Source of the DNA: Leptogorgia sarmentosa | Taxonomy: Eukaryota | Reading direction: 5' to 3' | NCBI GenBank assembly: GCA_964658305.1 | Contig: OZ210885.1 | Span: 5,766,001-5,830,000, forward strand | DNA: 64,000 nt | In this document: in pieces, positions 25,516 through 39,255 of the stretch | Numbering within the stretch: the stretch's first letter is position 1 | Layout: the number at the start of each line of letters is the position of its first letter | Program-made: the position numbers and the translations under genes | Notes under the pieces: generated by a model | What the model saw: the letters and a program-made list of their open reading frames with translations, nothing else | What the model was told of the DNA's origin: nothing | Databases searched by the model: none

Positions 25516-27317
25516 TTGATGTCCCGCTAACTATTGTGTGATATTGGGGCACTTTTAATGCCAGATTCATGCTGAATTGCAAATTTAAGCTACAGAATCG
25601 ATCGTGTTCAATGAAAATTAAATATGAATATTAACGCCGGCCAGTGGAGCATGATATTATACTCAAAGCAATTCAAGATTATATCAAATTTATTCGTAAC
25701 GATCAATAATACAGTTTATCTATATGTTTATCGAATTTTTTATTCCAAAATTAATTGAGGCCAGGTGCATGAATTCAAGTTTTATGGCTCCCTTCCAGTA
25801 CAATTATGTTTTAATTTCTTTCAAAATCATTTAGGAAGTGATTTTTATTTCTGTTTTTGGCGTTTAAAGTCTAAAATGTTTTTTCGGAAAGTTCAAAAAG
25901 AGACAGGCAACAATGAATGTAAAAAAATTTCCACTATTACCAGTGAAGTTAAGGGTTCCAATGTAAAGCGTATCAAGAAATATCACACAGATGTGACGGC
26001 AGTAACATTAGGGCTTAATTTTCCCGCCTTTTATTTTATTGATGTCCCGCTAACTATTGTGTGATATTGGAGCACTTTTAATGCAAAATTCATGCTGAAT
26101 TGCAAATTTAAGCTACAGAATCGATCGTCTTCAATGAAAATTAAATATGAATATTAACGCCGGCCAGTGGAGCATGATATTATACTCAAAGCAATTCAAG
26201 ATTATATAAAATTTATTCGTAACGTCTATATGTTTATCGAATTTTTTATTCCAAATTTAATTTAGGCCAGGTGCATGAATTCAAGTTTTATGGCTCCCTT
26301 CCAGTACAATTATGTTTTAATTTCTTTCAAAATCATTTAGGAAGTGATTTTTATTTCTGTTTTTGGCGTTTAAAGTCTAAAATCTTCTCTGAGTTGCTAT
26401 CAAAATATCACTGATGGCATTATGTTTTAGTTTATAGGCATAGCAAATTTTTTAGTCGCGTCTGATATGCTTAATTAATTTAAGCGATTGTCATGACGTT
26501 AGATATAGAATTATCAATGTTGTTTTAAAATTACCGTTCGAAAGTTCAGAAAAAGACAGGCAACACTGAATGTAAAAAAAATTCCATTATTACCAGTGAA
26601 GTTAAGGGTTCCAAAGTAAAGCGTATTAAGAAATATCACACAGATGTTAAGGCAGTAACATTATTAATTTTCCCGCCTTTTATTTTATTGATGTCCCGCT
26701 AACTATTGTGTGATATTGGAGCACTTTTAATGCAAAATTCATGCTGAATTGCAAATTTAAGCTACAGAATCGATCGTCTTCAATGAAAATTAAATATGAA
26801 TATTAACGCCGGCCAGTGGAGCATGATATTATACTCAAAGCAATTCAAGATTATATAAAATTTATTCGTAACGTCTATATGTTTATCGAATTTTTTATTC
26901 CAAATTTAATTTAGGCCAGGTGCATGAATTCAAGTTTTATGGCTCCCTTCCAGTACAATAATGTTTTAATTTCTTTCAAAATCATTTAGGAAGTGATTTT
27001 TATTTCTGTTTTTGGCGTTTAAAGTCTAAAATCTTCTCTGAGTTGCTATCAAAATATCAATGGCATTATGTTTTAGTTTATAGGCATAGCAAATTTTTTA
27101 GTCGCGTCTGATATGCTTAATTAATTTAAGCGATTGTCATGACGTTAAATATAGAATTATCAATGATGTTTTAAAATTACCGTTCGAAAGTTCAGAAAAA
27201 GACAGGCAACATTGAATGTAAGAAAAAAATCCATCATTACCCATATATTATAGTTCGAAGAAGAAATATCACATATATGTGACGTCAGTAACATTAGGGC
27301 TTAATTTTGCGCCTTTT
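25516..27317. repeat. Three-copy tandem repeat, units 523 / 649 / ~630 bp
   Basis: TTGATGTCCCGCTAACTATTGTGTGATATTGG starts at 25516, 26039, 26688; first unit lacks an internal ~150-bp block. Confidence 0.9.
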
Positions 27318-30300
27318 CAGTCACAGTCAATTTTTTTATTCTCAATGGTAAAATTAAAGGGCTAATATATCTATAAGAATAGAGTGGGAGTTACACACAT
27401 GTCAAAATTCCCACCAGAAACAGGCAGAATGGAAATTAATATAGTAATGAAAAAGTAAAATCCTAAATTAGAGATTTTGAAAATATGGCCTCTACTGTTG
27501 ATACTTTTATTTTACTTCACAAACATTTTTTTTTGTTTTTTGTTCGCAGTTGTCAGATGGAAGTATTAGTGAATTATATAGATTTCAGTATTTGACATGG
27601 AAATGTTTTTTCTTAAATTGTTAATTTTTCAGGAGTGTCAATTAAAGTTAAATTATAATTCCTGGGTAACTTTTCACTACAGAAATGTTGTCTTTTTTCT
27701 TGCTTAAAAAGTTTTAGGAAAACATTTTGAACGGTGATTTTTGATCCTAGAGGAAAGTTTGAAAAATGGCAGGGGCGGCGGAAGCTTGATTTGTGTGGGG
27801 GGACCAAGTTATTTTTTTATGGAATAATAACTCTAGATCTAAGGCATAAGGGTTTACTTTGAATAGGAATAACCCTTTTTTATCTAAAATTCTTGTTTTT
27901 AGTTTTGCGGCAAACGTTGATCTATTTATAATAAACAATTGTTGAATGAGGTCGAGTAGGATATGAAGAATTATTAAGGCAGAGGTTTGTGTTATTTGCT
28001 GGGGCCGAATGCTGAGGGAAATAACAAAAACCGAGGCCTTAATAATTCAGCACATCCTACGAGAACCGAATTCAATAATTATTTTATTATTTATTTGTAT
28101 CTTTCTCAGACTTAGGGTAAATGCATTGTACATAAGAACCTTTCTTTGAGAAAGATATTTGTATTCTTCAGCTGTTGGCATAACAGCATAAATTAGACGA
28201 CGTCATAATGTTATATGTATAAGTTTTAATATACGACATAATTACGTCATCATGTCGTACATGACGATTTCACCCACTGTTCTTAACCAATAAAAACTCT
28301 TGAATTGTTTGAAATAAATAATAATGAATGATAGTGTTGTGTATATTAAAATATGCGCCTGGGGGCGCATTGACAATACAGGGGATTACGCTTGTATAAT
28401 TATGTAAATATGTAAAGTAGTTGGTAATGTATATAAGTGCAGTAAATAGGTGTGACGGAATGATATTCCTTGTACATAACAATATTGTATTCTGTGAATA
28501 ATTAACATGACGACAAGCTGTCCCAGCATGCAAGATGAGCAAGATCAATTTTTCACTTCCGGCACAGGCGATTTCGAAACAAAATTTGGCTTCCGCCACC
28601 CTGAGCGGATGAAATAATGAGGTTCAGATTTCAATTCATCTAGCACTGCCGCTATACCATTAAGGAAACGTGAACCAATCAGATGTGTTAAGTCTGCCCG
28701 GTTAACCAATCACACGCACAATAATAGGTCAGTGGAAGGTAGCGTAGTGGAAATCAAATCTAAACCTGTCCATGTATAAGGTTCTAATGTCGTGCAGTTT
28801 TAACCTGTGTTTCTAGACCATGCCTTGTATTGTCTGCGATTTTACAAATGAAATATAAATTAAAACTGCAACGCTATGTGAGGCGGCAAATTTGAAGCCA
28901 AAGTTCGGAGATAATCACGTGCACCAGACCCCTGAGCAGACCGCGCGCGGCTATCTAAAGAAAATAAACAAAGTTGGCTGAAACACCTCTAATATAAAAT
29001 ATCCAATGGAATTTAGACAAAGGTATATCATATATGAGAGATAATCACTGTATAGCGCCTGTTTTATTTATGTGGGACGATTTTACATAATCTTTGAAAA
29101 GCAATTCCATATTTATCGAGTCAAGTATGCAAGAAATGTTTGGCATATCAGCTTGGCACAGGTTGAGACGAATTTCAAATAGGTCTAGCCAGATGATGAA
29201 TAATACTTGCATGTCAATATTTTGAGTTTCTATGCAAATAGCGAGTTTCTATTCATTGCCTCATTGCTCACATAATATTTGATAAATTAATAAACACGGG
29301 AATAGATGATCACAATAGTTGGAACTGTTTTGTCGGCAGTCCGCATCACCGCATGCCATCGTTCGCATTTGATGCAGTAGACCACGGAACAAAAATTATG
29401 ATATCAAAACAAAGTAGCTACTAATGAACTTGGGAGGAACTTAATTGAAACATCGGCAAATGACAAATGTAAACAAAATGTAGCAGGAGCCTTGAAATGA
29501 TATATTTTTGGCAGTTTTTCCTCCTTGAAAAGGATTTTCAAACTGCGACATGAATTTTATGTTTGTATGTAATAAAGATTCCGCGATTTTCTGCACTTTT
29601 GACATGAACGAATAATCATTGAAACAACAAAGGTATAGTATGCCTTGAAAAACTGTTTCGGCTACTCTCATGTGCATATTTCTTATCTTCATCGCACATT
29701 TTCAACTTCATTGATTATTAGGCCACAATACAACTGTTTAAAACATCGATTATTGTCATTCGGTAACTTAATAAAAAATTCTGGGCCTTCTGGGCGCGTT
29801 TTGTGCGTCGTAAATAATCATTGCGTTTTATCATAGGCTATAATTTCCACTATTTTTTACTTGATTACTTCAAAGAGTTTTGTTTCAACAACGCATATTT
29901 TTTATTTTTTATAACTGTTAAAAGATACTTCATGTAATATAATAAATGGATGGAATAATACCCTAGTGGACGGGAGACTGGGGCGAGAACGTATGCCTGC
30001 GTTCCAATGTCGGCAATTTCTAGTGATGATGAAGCACAAATGAGCTGAAAGTAGTTACAGTACTAGTGATAGAGACTCTAAGTAACACTGTGGGGTGGAC
30101 ATCGTAATTCTTTAAACAAGAGTAAAAGCCTTTCTTGGCGGGTGGGGGGGGGGGGGGGGGGGTGAGTTCAACTCCAGGATGCCAGGCAATGCGTCCATTG
30201 AGTATTTGACATCTTTTTAGCAACGACGTTATACAAAATGTTTTCCTATCTTTATTTTCCGCCGTTTTTTTGGCTTTAATGGGAAAATAGTACTTTTGAC

Positions 30301-31316
30301 TTCTCTATTGAATTGATCAAAAAAGATATACGAGGCTACAGTCATTTTAAAATTATCGGCTGGAAATGGATATTGTTGTTTCTCGTCTATGTGTACGTAT
30401 ATTAAGATAAGACATGACAAAAATACTAGTCTTTCCTGACTAAAAACATTTATTTATTCAAAAGCTTTAGGTGTGTTTAAATCTAACTCAATGTTAATGC
30501 TGATAACCCCACCCGCTTGATCAAAGTTATTAATTAATTATAATTAATTGTAATTAATTAAATAATTAATTAATGAATTTTGTTCTTTATGTAATACCTC
30601 GTTACATGCATTCAGGCCGTTTGATTTGTTAATTGTGGTCACGTGATATTGAAAAGAAAATTCATTTCCATTTCATTTATTGCAATTATAGTGCAATAGT
30701 ACTGTCACTACTTTTCGCACTGTGATCGCAGCTTATTTACACCGTTTTTTTAATAAACTGTTCTTGAAAAGGAATAGCCTATTTTGCTTTTATATAAAAC
30801 AAATAATGAATGCTTTTATGCGTGCAATGGTAAGAATATTTTCATGACGTGAAAGATTTCACCTCTTGAAAACATTCTCATCATGAAAATATTGTTTTCA
30901 TGAAAATAATTTTTCATTTTTTTTGAAAATATTTTTTCACTTTCACCTCATGAAAATATTCTGACCATGCATTGCACTCACAAACATTCATTATTTGTAT
31001 GTATTCGTTGTGAAACTATTTTCTGTGTTGAATTTACAAAACCATTCATCTGTTTCCAGTTTCCACTCATTGTGATAATTATACATCAATGCGTCATCAA
31101 ATGTTCAATATATTTGTTCAATATGTCACCAAAGGTTTTCTCTTAAGGAGTTTGTTCTAAATATATACATGAAATTGAAAATTTGCCTTTGAAGCCATGC
31201 ATATATAGAATGCATGCATACATTTCGGACAGTGTATTTATTTTGAAATTTCGATAATTTCAATAATTTATACAATTGCTTTCATAATGGATAGTCCATC
31301 CAGTATAGCGGTAATT

Positions 31317-32330
31317 TTAAGTTTCGTTGCGGAAGATGACTTGTAAGTTCTTAGGAGACTCCCGAAGCAGAGGTCTTGATCCAGTGACAGCTTTGTAATT
31401 ACAGCGAAATATTTTGAAAAGGATCTGGCCGGACGATTTTCTGTACTTAACATGTCTCATTCCATAGATGAAAGCATTCACAATGGAGTTTATTGCGTAA
31501 AATTCAGGGTTAAACACTGCGAATGCTACCCAGTGGCACGAACCACTACATGACGATGAGTAATCTAGCACTCTTCCTACCACTGTTGGTGTTAAAACAC
31601 AGAAAATCAACACTGCGACAACAATTGAAAATGTTTTAACAGATTTATGTGCGTGAAAAAATCGACTCATGTGACTCGTGTTTGTTATTGTTTCAGCGAT
31701 GATACGTTTTCGCTGTTTCTCCGCCACAATTAGGATCCAAACATTGAGAATTACAATCAAAGTCGGTAGCAAGTAGGCAATAGTACCATCCACAAAATAG
31801 AACAGTCTATTATCATCTAAATGGCACACACTCCTGAATCTATCGTCATCTTTTCTATAATAAACCATTAATGAAGCAAAAATGCCACAGGCAGCTAACC
31901 AAATACATGATATGGCTACAAAAACTAGTCGTTTGGTCACAATCAGCAGATATTTGAGAGGTTTTACAATATAAATACAGCGATCAACTGTAATTGCGAG
32001 AAGTGTGGCTACTGAAGCAAACGTTAATGCTTTCATGCTGGAACGACTTAACTTACAAAATAAGTCCTGATCACTATCGATGTTTAATAAAGTCTGTATA
32101 AATTCAACGATCCATATTGGATAAAATGTTAAACACACGAGAAGATCTGCCAGTGCCAGGTTTCCAACCAAGTAAGATGTCGCTGTCTTTTCTTTGCTCG
32201 TAAAAATTGTATAAATTATAACTGTGATATTTCCCAAAACTCCAATAATCATTGCGATGATTTTAAATACAATGGACGGAATAAGAAACTCTGTTTGGAC
32301 TGCCGAGAAATGTGACGAGTTATTTGACAT
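31317..32330 (-). CDS. Intronless class A GPCR, paralog 1 of DRC cluster (337 aa)
   Basis: GN (TM1), NLALAD (TM2), Cys at top of TM3, DRC, TM4 W, FCVLTP (TM6), NSIVNAFIY (TM7). Confidence 0.93.
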   Translation of the reverse strand: MSNNSSHFSAVQTEFLIPSIVFKIIAMIIGVLGNITVIIYTIFTSKEKTATSYLVGNLALADLLVCLTFYPIWIVEFIQTLLNIDSDQDLFCKLSRSSMKALTFASVATLLAITVDRCIYIVKPLKYLLIVTKRLVFVAISCIWLAACGIFASLMVYYRKDDDRFRSVCHLDDNRLFYFVDGTIAYLLPTLIVILNVWILIVAEKQRKRIIAETITNTSHMSRFFHAHKSVKTFSIVVAVLIFCVLTPTVVGRVLDYSSSCSGSCHWVAFAVFNPEFYAINSIVNAFIYGMRHVKYRKSSGQILFKIFRCNYKAVTGSRPLLRESPKNLQVIFRNET

Positions 32331-34498
32331 AGTTCGGAGAAACGTTTGAAATGTTTTTATTGTACAACATTAACTGAACATATGTTTAGAACGACGAAGA
32401 CAATGTATAATATATAATGAGTTTACATAATAAAGGTCCTTGAGACGGATTAAAATTAAGCCTACGAAGATGATGAATAATGCTTATTCTTATACGGCTT
32501 TTCAAAATTCTCTATTCTGACTGGTTGACAACGGACAAGCGGTTCCTGAAAACTCATATCCGGACCCTGCTTCGTATTTCCGTATCTGACCGGTGTCCCG
32601 AATGTCGTTTTGTCTGGCGGGAAATTTCGCTTTACAAACAGAAAAGATTTTTGCTTTCTAAAATTTAGGTGTAAAGTTCAAACAACCAAATTGTTTTTAT
32701 TGAGCATTGGATGTTATTGGACAAATGTATAATTAATGTAAAAAAAGAGTCAAAAATCACCTATGACTTCTTTTGTCTTGAATCAAAAGGTAATATGATA
32801 CACTGTTATTTACCAAAGGGGGTGTTACCTTGTCAAACTGATGAATGATGATAGCCGATTTAATTCGCGCGAAAAGCATATGCTCACAGACTCATTTCAG
32901 CCATATATTAAACGGATAATTGAACTCGCTTGTTCGGTCATGTTGTGAAATATTACACCTCGGCTTTAATTTGCATTAACCTCGCTCATTTGTCATCATA
33001 TTTCGTGATGTTGTCATGATATTTCGTAGTACAGCCCGCCCCTCACGTTCGGTGAATTAATGTTGACATTTTCTGTTTGTTTACGCAAATAGTTTTTAGT
33101 TATTATTAACTATTAAGCTATATATAGATAATATCTCGCCACTAGTATTCACTTTTCAGTGAGCAATATAATTATAAACTAAGTAATGTCACGTACAGAA
33201 ACAGCCCCCTCCCCACAACCAAATTTTCGCCACTGGCCCATTTATCAGTGCAAGAAATTCAATTTCCGAGACGGCGAATGACGTGAGGGTAAAATTTCAC
33301 GAATTTCCAACGATGGAAAGTCTACTTTCAATTATAAGTACATAGATTGCATATTGATTAACGAAGACCTTTCTTGAAGACAACTCACAAGAGGCGAACA
33401 AAATTCGGCGGAATATTTCTTGAAATAAAATTTCCGACACATTTGTAATTGGAATTTGACAAGAGATATCATGTCTGGATTGGTACAGTTAATTTTTCCT
33501 GATTGGCCGCGTACACATCAACAACATTGTTCAAAAGCAGACAAAACTTGTCAATTTTTTGTTACAGTGTGGGATTTTATGTTGAAATATGGTGCCCTGA
33601 AAACTATCAAAAACACTTTTGAAATACATTTGATGAAAGCGATTGTAACTCATCACTCATGACAAAGTATATTTCCTAGGTCATTATAATTGCTTTGTGC
33701 AAGTTTAATATCTAGCTTTTTAGATCATTGTGATCGTAATTTAAATAAACGCCACCTGCCAGCATTGTCAATATCAAGATGGCGCTAAAATTCACTCAGT
33801 GGCACGCAGAAATTCGCTTAATGGGTTTCTCGGTATTATGCAAACTATTAACTATGCAGAATTTTCAGAAAAGGTTTCTAAAGAATGAGGAAGTACATCA
33901 TACTAGATGCACATTAGTAATACAGTTGTATGCTTGCCATAGTCCATAGAACTACTCTAGAACGATTGGGAACAGAAAATAAGGTGCCTAAGCTAATTAC
34001 GTATATTGTTTGGATTGCATTTGACACGACAAAAGTTCGTCATAAAAGCGTGTTAAATATATTTTTATTTACGCGACGAAGGAATCGTTACAATCATGCT
34101 TATAATATCTCTACAGTTCTTAAAGGTCTTCCGTTGAGTTTCGGTGGCCTTTTCATCCAATTCGTTTCTTCATTTCGGTCTAGGCCCACTCACTCCAGTT
34201 GGAGTGACTTTTATACTAACGGTCGAGGGAATCTATGTCCACGTGAACAGCGAGGTGGTACGATATTGAATCCACCAATCAGCGTTCATGTATTGTACGG
34301 TGAACCCTAGTTCCAGCTCTCCATTTCTGTTTGTTCCAGGGTGTGGCCGCACTCCTCAAGTCAGTTTTATGCTCATTCTACCATCACTTAGAAAGGTTTA
34401 AAACTAACTTAATTCATCATTTCCTAATCGTAAAAGTACAACCTACACGTACTAAGATTTTGATGACGTACTAAGATTTAAGATTTTGAACTAAGAAC

Positions 34499-34860
34499 GA
34501 ACTAAGATTTTGATGACGTAATATTATATAATTATTCAACCGCGCGAAATATCCCAAGAAATGATTGACGGCAAACCCTAAGCACACGCACGTGTAAGTA
34601 ATTTTACTCTGCTCTTGCAATATATGCGAACACATCCGGCCTTTGTTTCTGAACTTGATTGACAGTATTATGATAAAAATGTCTCCTTTCTGTCATACCT
34701 ATAAAGGGAAAGTCCTTGAAATTCTGCGTAGGTTCGAAAATCGTATTTAGCTTTTAGTTAGTGGTATTTTGAAGCAAGAATGTCACTTATCTTTCCGAAG
34801 ACGTGCGTAATGTTTATTTTGCCTGGGGAACTTATGTTTACTGTTCACGCACTATTATGT
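34499..34860. repeat. Dispersed repeat (longer copy ~48568-49170)
   Basis: Shared blocks GAACT.AGATTTTGATGACGTA..CAACCGCGCGAA..GCACGTGTAA..ATTCTGCGTAGGTTCGAAAAT..TTTTGAAGCAAGAATGTCACTTATC. Confidence 0.7.
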
Positions 34861-35209
34861 AACTCAGAGTTTCATCGCAATGTAGGTCTATGCATTGAGT
34901 CCACATTGCCTAAGCAAAGGCAAAGTCTCTTATCGAAGGATTGAAACCAAATACGTTACAATTTGAGCTACATTTTTATTGTCTTATTCTTATCATCTAA
35001 ATGTTCATTTTATGAAGCTTACGTAATTATGTATCGCCTAAATTTTGAAGAACTTTTTTTAATTTAGGGAGAAATTATTTAAACAGCTGCCATTTACAAT
35101 GTTCTGTATCACCGTATATAACTTCAATTACTTCGCGGAGATCTAGAATGTTTGGTATTCTCTTCAAGAGAATTACGGAGGTAAATTCTTTGTCCAATGA
35201 CGGTTTTGT

Positions 35210-36136
35210 TCAACAGCGAAGTATTTTGAAAACGATCTGTCCAGGGGCTTTTCTGTACTTGATACGTCTCATTCCATAGATGAAAGCGTTCACAATTGAG
35301 TTTATTCCATAAAATTCAGAATGAAAAACTACAAACCATAACTGTTCGCATGAGTCACTGCATGAAGATATGTTCATTATCACCATCCCAACCACTGTTG
35401 GTGTTAAAACGCAGAAAGTCAACACTGCGACAACAATAGAAAATGTTTTAACTGCTTTGTGAGCGTGAAAAAATTTATAGACGTTCGTGTTAATTGCCGT
35501 TTCAGCTAAAATACGTTTTCGTTGTTTCTCCGCAACAACTAAAATCCAAACATTGAGAATTATTGTTAAAGTCAGTGGAAAATAGTAAGTTAAAGCAATT
35601 AATGGCGAAAACAGTATATCGTCTAGGTAGCACAAACTTCTTAACCTATCCTGAGATCTTCTAAAATGAACAAGGAAAACAGCAAAAATACAACTTGTAG
35701 TTAACCAAATACCGGCCATAGCTACAAAAACTCGTCGTTTGGTCACAATCAACGGATATTTGAGAGGTTTTACAATATAAATACAACGATCAACAGTAAT
35801 TGCGAGAAGTGTGGCTACTGAAGCAAATGTAAATGCATTTGTACTCGAACGGCTTAATTTACAAAATAAGTCCTGATCACTATCGATGTTTAATATAGTC
35901 TTTATAAATTCAATCATCCATATTGGATAAAATGTTAAACACACGAGAAGATCTGCCAGTGCCAGGTTTCCAACCAAGTAAGATGTCGCTGTCTTTTCTT
36001 TGCTCGTGAAAATTGTATGAATTATAACTGTGATATTTCCCAAAACTCCAATAATCATTGCCAAGAATTTAAACACGACGGACGGAATAAGAATCACATT
36101 TTGTAATGTGGAGAAATGCGACGAGTTATTTGCCAT
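35210..36136 (-). CDS. Intronless class A GPCR, paralog 2 of DRC cluster (308 aa from MANNSS)
   Basis: Same motifs as paralog 1; start chosen by homology (adjacent ATG at 36139 also possible). Confidence 0.92.
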   Translation of the reverse strand: MANNSSHFSTLQNVILIPSVVFKFLAMIIGVLGNITVIIHTIFTSKEKTATSYLVGNLALADLLVCLTFYPIWMIEFIKTILNIDSDQDLFCKLSRSSTNAFTFASVATLLAITVDRCIYIVKPLKYPLIVTKRRVFVAMAGIWLTTSCIFAVFLVHFRRSQDRLRSLCYLDDILFSPLIALTYYFPLTLTIILNVWILVVAEKQRKRILAETAINTNVYKFFHAHKAVKTFSIVVAVLTFCVLTPTVVGMVIMNISSCSDSCEQLWFVVFHSEFYGINSIVNAFIYGMRRIKYRKAPGQIVFKILRC

Positions 36137-36928
36137 CATATGTATCCAATCGTTTATAAAATTTTTAAACCGGCACAACCTTAACTGAACATCTGTTTAG
36201 AACGATGAAGAATGATAGAGTATGATGTCTTTGCATAATGACACGATAATTACTAGAAATGAAAGCTTCTGAAATCATCTTTAATGCTATTGAGGCCAAA
36301 TTCACACATGGAACTTTTCCATTGGCCAAACTTAATGTTAATTGAGCAAAGATCAATTTGTTTGAGCTCATTTGCATCAAATTTGGCACTGAAAAGTTCG
36401 ACTGTGAAATAGACGTGAAAAAAACACCTATTCCAAACGGGAAAGCGCTGTAAATAAGACATGGGGAAATAGATTTGTAAACTGACTTTTTAGGATTAAA
36501 TTACTGTCCTGCTAATACAAAAATACAGAAACTTTTCAACACGGAGTAACACGAATAGTAAAGCATGGACAAAGAGCTGCGGACAGATGTTCGAATTATA
36601 TTTCCGTATTCTTCAAGTGATAATTTACTAGAGTTTCATCACAACAGTTGGTTTATTTAGTCCATTCACTTTTCGTGAGATGAACTTTGTTCTCTTATCG
36701 AAACTCGAAAGATTGAAACGGCCCGGAGTCCGAGTTATATTTTTGTTACATGTCTTACTGTCAAACTTTTCATTTAAGGAAGCCTACGAGCAATTATGTA
36801 TACTTTAACCTCTGTATATTTGATAATTTGAAATATCTTTCAATTGTTATCAAATATTGTATTTATATACGAAATAATGGCAAGTATTTCGCCATTGAAT
36901 GGATTAGTAAATATATGCAACTATTACT

Positions 36929-37320
36929 ATACCATTTGCAAGCAAGCGCGAACTGCGAACATTTTATCATGTTTGTTTGCGTTTCACACATGGACGTTTA
37001 CCGGTAAAACGTGCTAATTTTAGCCGTCAATCAAACAGTTTTTAACCGCGAAACAAACGTATTTGCAAGCCCCGCCTTTAATATTTTGAAAACGTAACAT
37101 GATGTTTTGTGTGTATTTTCGTATTGGTAACATCAGAAGAACACAGGCACAGAGAACATCATGCTACGTTTTCAAAATCCTAAAGGCAGGGCTTGCAAAT
37201 ATGTTTGTTTCGCGGTTTGATGGCTAAAATTAGCACGTATTAACGGCAAACGTCCATGTTTGAAACGTAAACAAACATGATAAAATGTTCTCAGTTGGCG
37301 GTTGTTTGCAAACGGTAGTA
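36929..37320. mobile_element. Foldback MITE, ~390 bp
   Basis: Left arm TACCATTTGCAAGCAAGCGCGAACTG..CATTTTATCATGTTTGTTT.. is the inverted copy of right arm ..AAACAAACATGATAAAATGTTCTCAGTTGGCGGTTGTTTGCAAACGGTAGTA. Confidence 0.75.
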
Positions 37321-37379
37321 TCACATGATTAACATGCATATAGCATAGTCATATAAAAAACATACTTCGAATTCAAATT

Positions 37380-37573
37380 AAACATCTTGTAAACTTAAAA
37401 TATAATATGAGCTGTTAAAAGCAAGACAAAATATTCATGGCGACATTTTGACTCATATTTCAAAGTCATTGTCAAACCTTGACAACAACTTGTCAGTACT
37501 TTGAAATAGAGTCGAAATGTCACCTTGAATATTGTGTCTTGTTTTTAACAGCTCTTGAGTTTACAAGATGTTT
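37380..37573. repeat. Palindromic MITE-like repeat
   Basis: AAACATCTTGTAAACT..GAGCTGTTAAAA.CAAGAC / GTCTTGTTTTTAACAGCTC..AGTTTACAAGATGTTT. Confidence 0.7.
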
Positions 37574-38079
37574 ATTTTTGGACTATGTTTTCTCTTAATG
37601 TATATTTTGGTGGAAAAGGTTTTTACTTAGCATAATCGTGACAGAGAACATTGTTATGTTAATCGTAGATGTCTACCAAGGATTAGATATAGCTACGACG
37701 AAAGATTAGACAGTTTAAGACTAAAAATATTTATTCCAAATTTAAAGCCAAGGGGGGTAACAAGACGCTAAAAAAAGTGTATGGATAACAAACACATTGG
37801 CCTTCATCTTTAGCTAGTGCGAAATATGACATCTTAATTATCACATTACACCAGATGTTGCATGTCAAACTTTATTTTACACATTTTGTTACAAATATTC
37901 CAAAATGAATGTGTACATGCGTTTATGACTGTTGGTTATAACATTGGAGTATTTAATTTTGAATTTCTTCAAATATTTTTTTTTCAGGTTAAAGTGAAAA
38001 AAGTTCTACAATTGTTTTCGACAAGGATTCTGTATCAGCGTAATTTTAACTGTTCAGCAGAGGATGATTCGTTATTCCT

Positions 38080-39030
38080 TCATTCAGTGATGACTTTGTT
38101 ACAGCGAAGTATTTTGAAAATTATTTGTCCAGGAGCTTTTCTGTATTCGATATGTCTCATCCCATAGATATAAGCATTCACGACTGAATTTATTGCATAA
38201 AATTCAAAGTTAAATACGGCCCACAACAGCTTGCACGAATCATTACATAACGATGGCTTAGCCAATACCGCCCCAACAACCGCAGGAATTGAAACACAGA
38301 GAGTTAACACCGCAACAATAATAGCAAATGTTTTAACTGCTTTGTGAGCGTGAAAAAATTGACTCACGTTTATCGTATCGGTTGCTGTTTCAAGTAAAAT
38401 GCGTTTTCTTTGCTTCTCCGCAACGATTAAAATCCAAACATTCAGAATTACAATTAAACTCAGAGGAAAATAGGAAATTAAAGTATATATCACAGCAGTG
38501 GGAGTGATTTCTAGGTCTAGGTAGCACAAACCTCTCAATCTATTGTCAATTTTTCTAAAATGAACCAGGAAAACAACGAAAAAACTACAAGCACTTAACC
38601 ATACACCCCATATAGTAAAAAACACTCGTCGTTTGGTCACAATCAGCGTATATCTGAGAGGTTTTACAATATAAATACAACGATCAACAGTAATTGCGAG
38701 AAGTGCGGCTACCGAAGCGAACATAAATGCATTTATGCTGGACCGGTTTAACTTACAAAATAAATCCTGATCACTTTCGATGTTTAATATAGTCTGTATA
38801 AATTCTATGATCCATATTGGATAAAATGTTAAACACACGAGAAGATCTGCCAGTGCCAGGTTTCCAACCAAGTAAGATGTCGCTGTCTTTTCTTTGCCCG
38901 TAAACATTGTATGAATTATAACTGTGATATTTCCCAAAACTCCAATGATCATTGCCAAGAATTTAAACATAACGGACGAAATAAGAATATAATTTTGTAC
39001 TTCGGGGAAATGCGACGAGTTATTCGCCAT
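38080..39030 (-). CDS. Intronless class A GPCR, paralog 3 of DRC cluster (316 aa)
   Basis: Same motifs; TM6 LCVSIP, TM7 NSVVNAYIY. Confidence 0.93.
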   Translation of the reverse strand: MANNSSHFPEVQNYILISSVMFKFLAMIIGVLGNITVIIHTMFTGKEKTATSYLVGNLALADLLVCLTFYPIWIIEFIQTILNIESDQDLFCKLNRSSINAFMFASVAALLAITVDRCIYIVKPLRYTLIVTKRRVFFTIWGVWLSACSFFVVFLVHFRKIDNRLRGLCYLDLEITPTAVIYTLISYFPLSLIVILNVWILIVAEKQRKRILLETATDTINVSQFFHAHKAVKTFAIIVAVLTLCVSIPAVVGAVLAKPSLCNDSCKLLWAVFNFEFYAINSVVNAYIYGMRHIEYRKAPGQIIFKILRCNKVITE

Positions 39031-39255
39031 GGTTAGAAGTTTTTAATACACAACTTACTGTAACTGAGCATCTGCGTAGAATGACGAAGCCACGAAAGTG
39101 ACAAAGAATTAAGTATTTGCATAATAGTCTTTGTTAAAGCTCGTAAATACTTGGGGCGGGTTTAAAATTGCCCTAAGAAGATTATGAACAGTCTAAACGT
39201 GTCTACATTAATTCAGTTTCTGTTAGCAGATGGCAAATTACTTTTGTAATTACTA

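Noticed and set aside
33930..34310. 126-aa ORF between GPCR paralogs
   Set aside because: No domain, no paralog, no splice support
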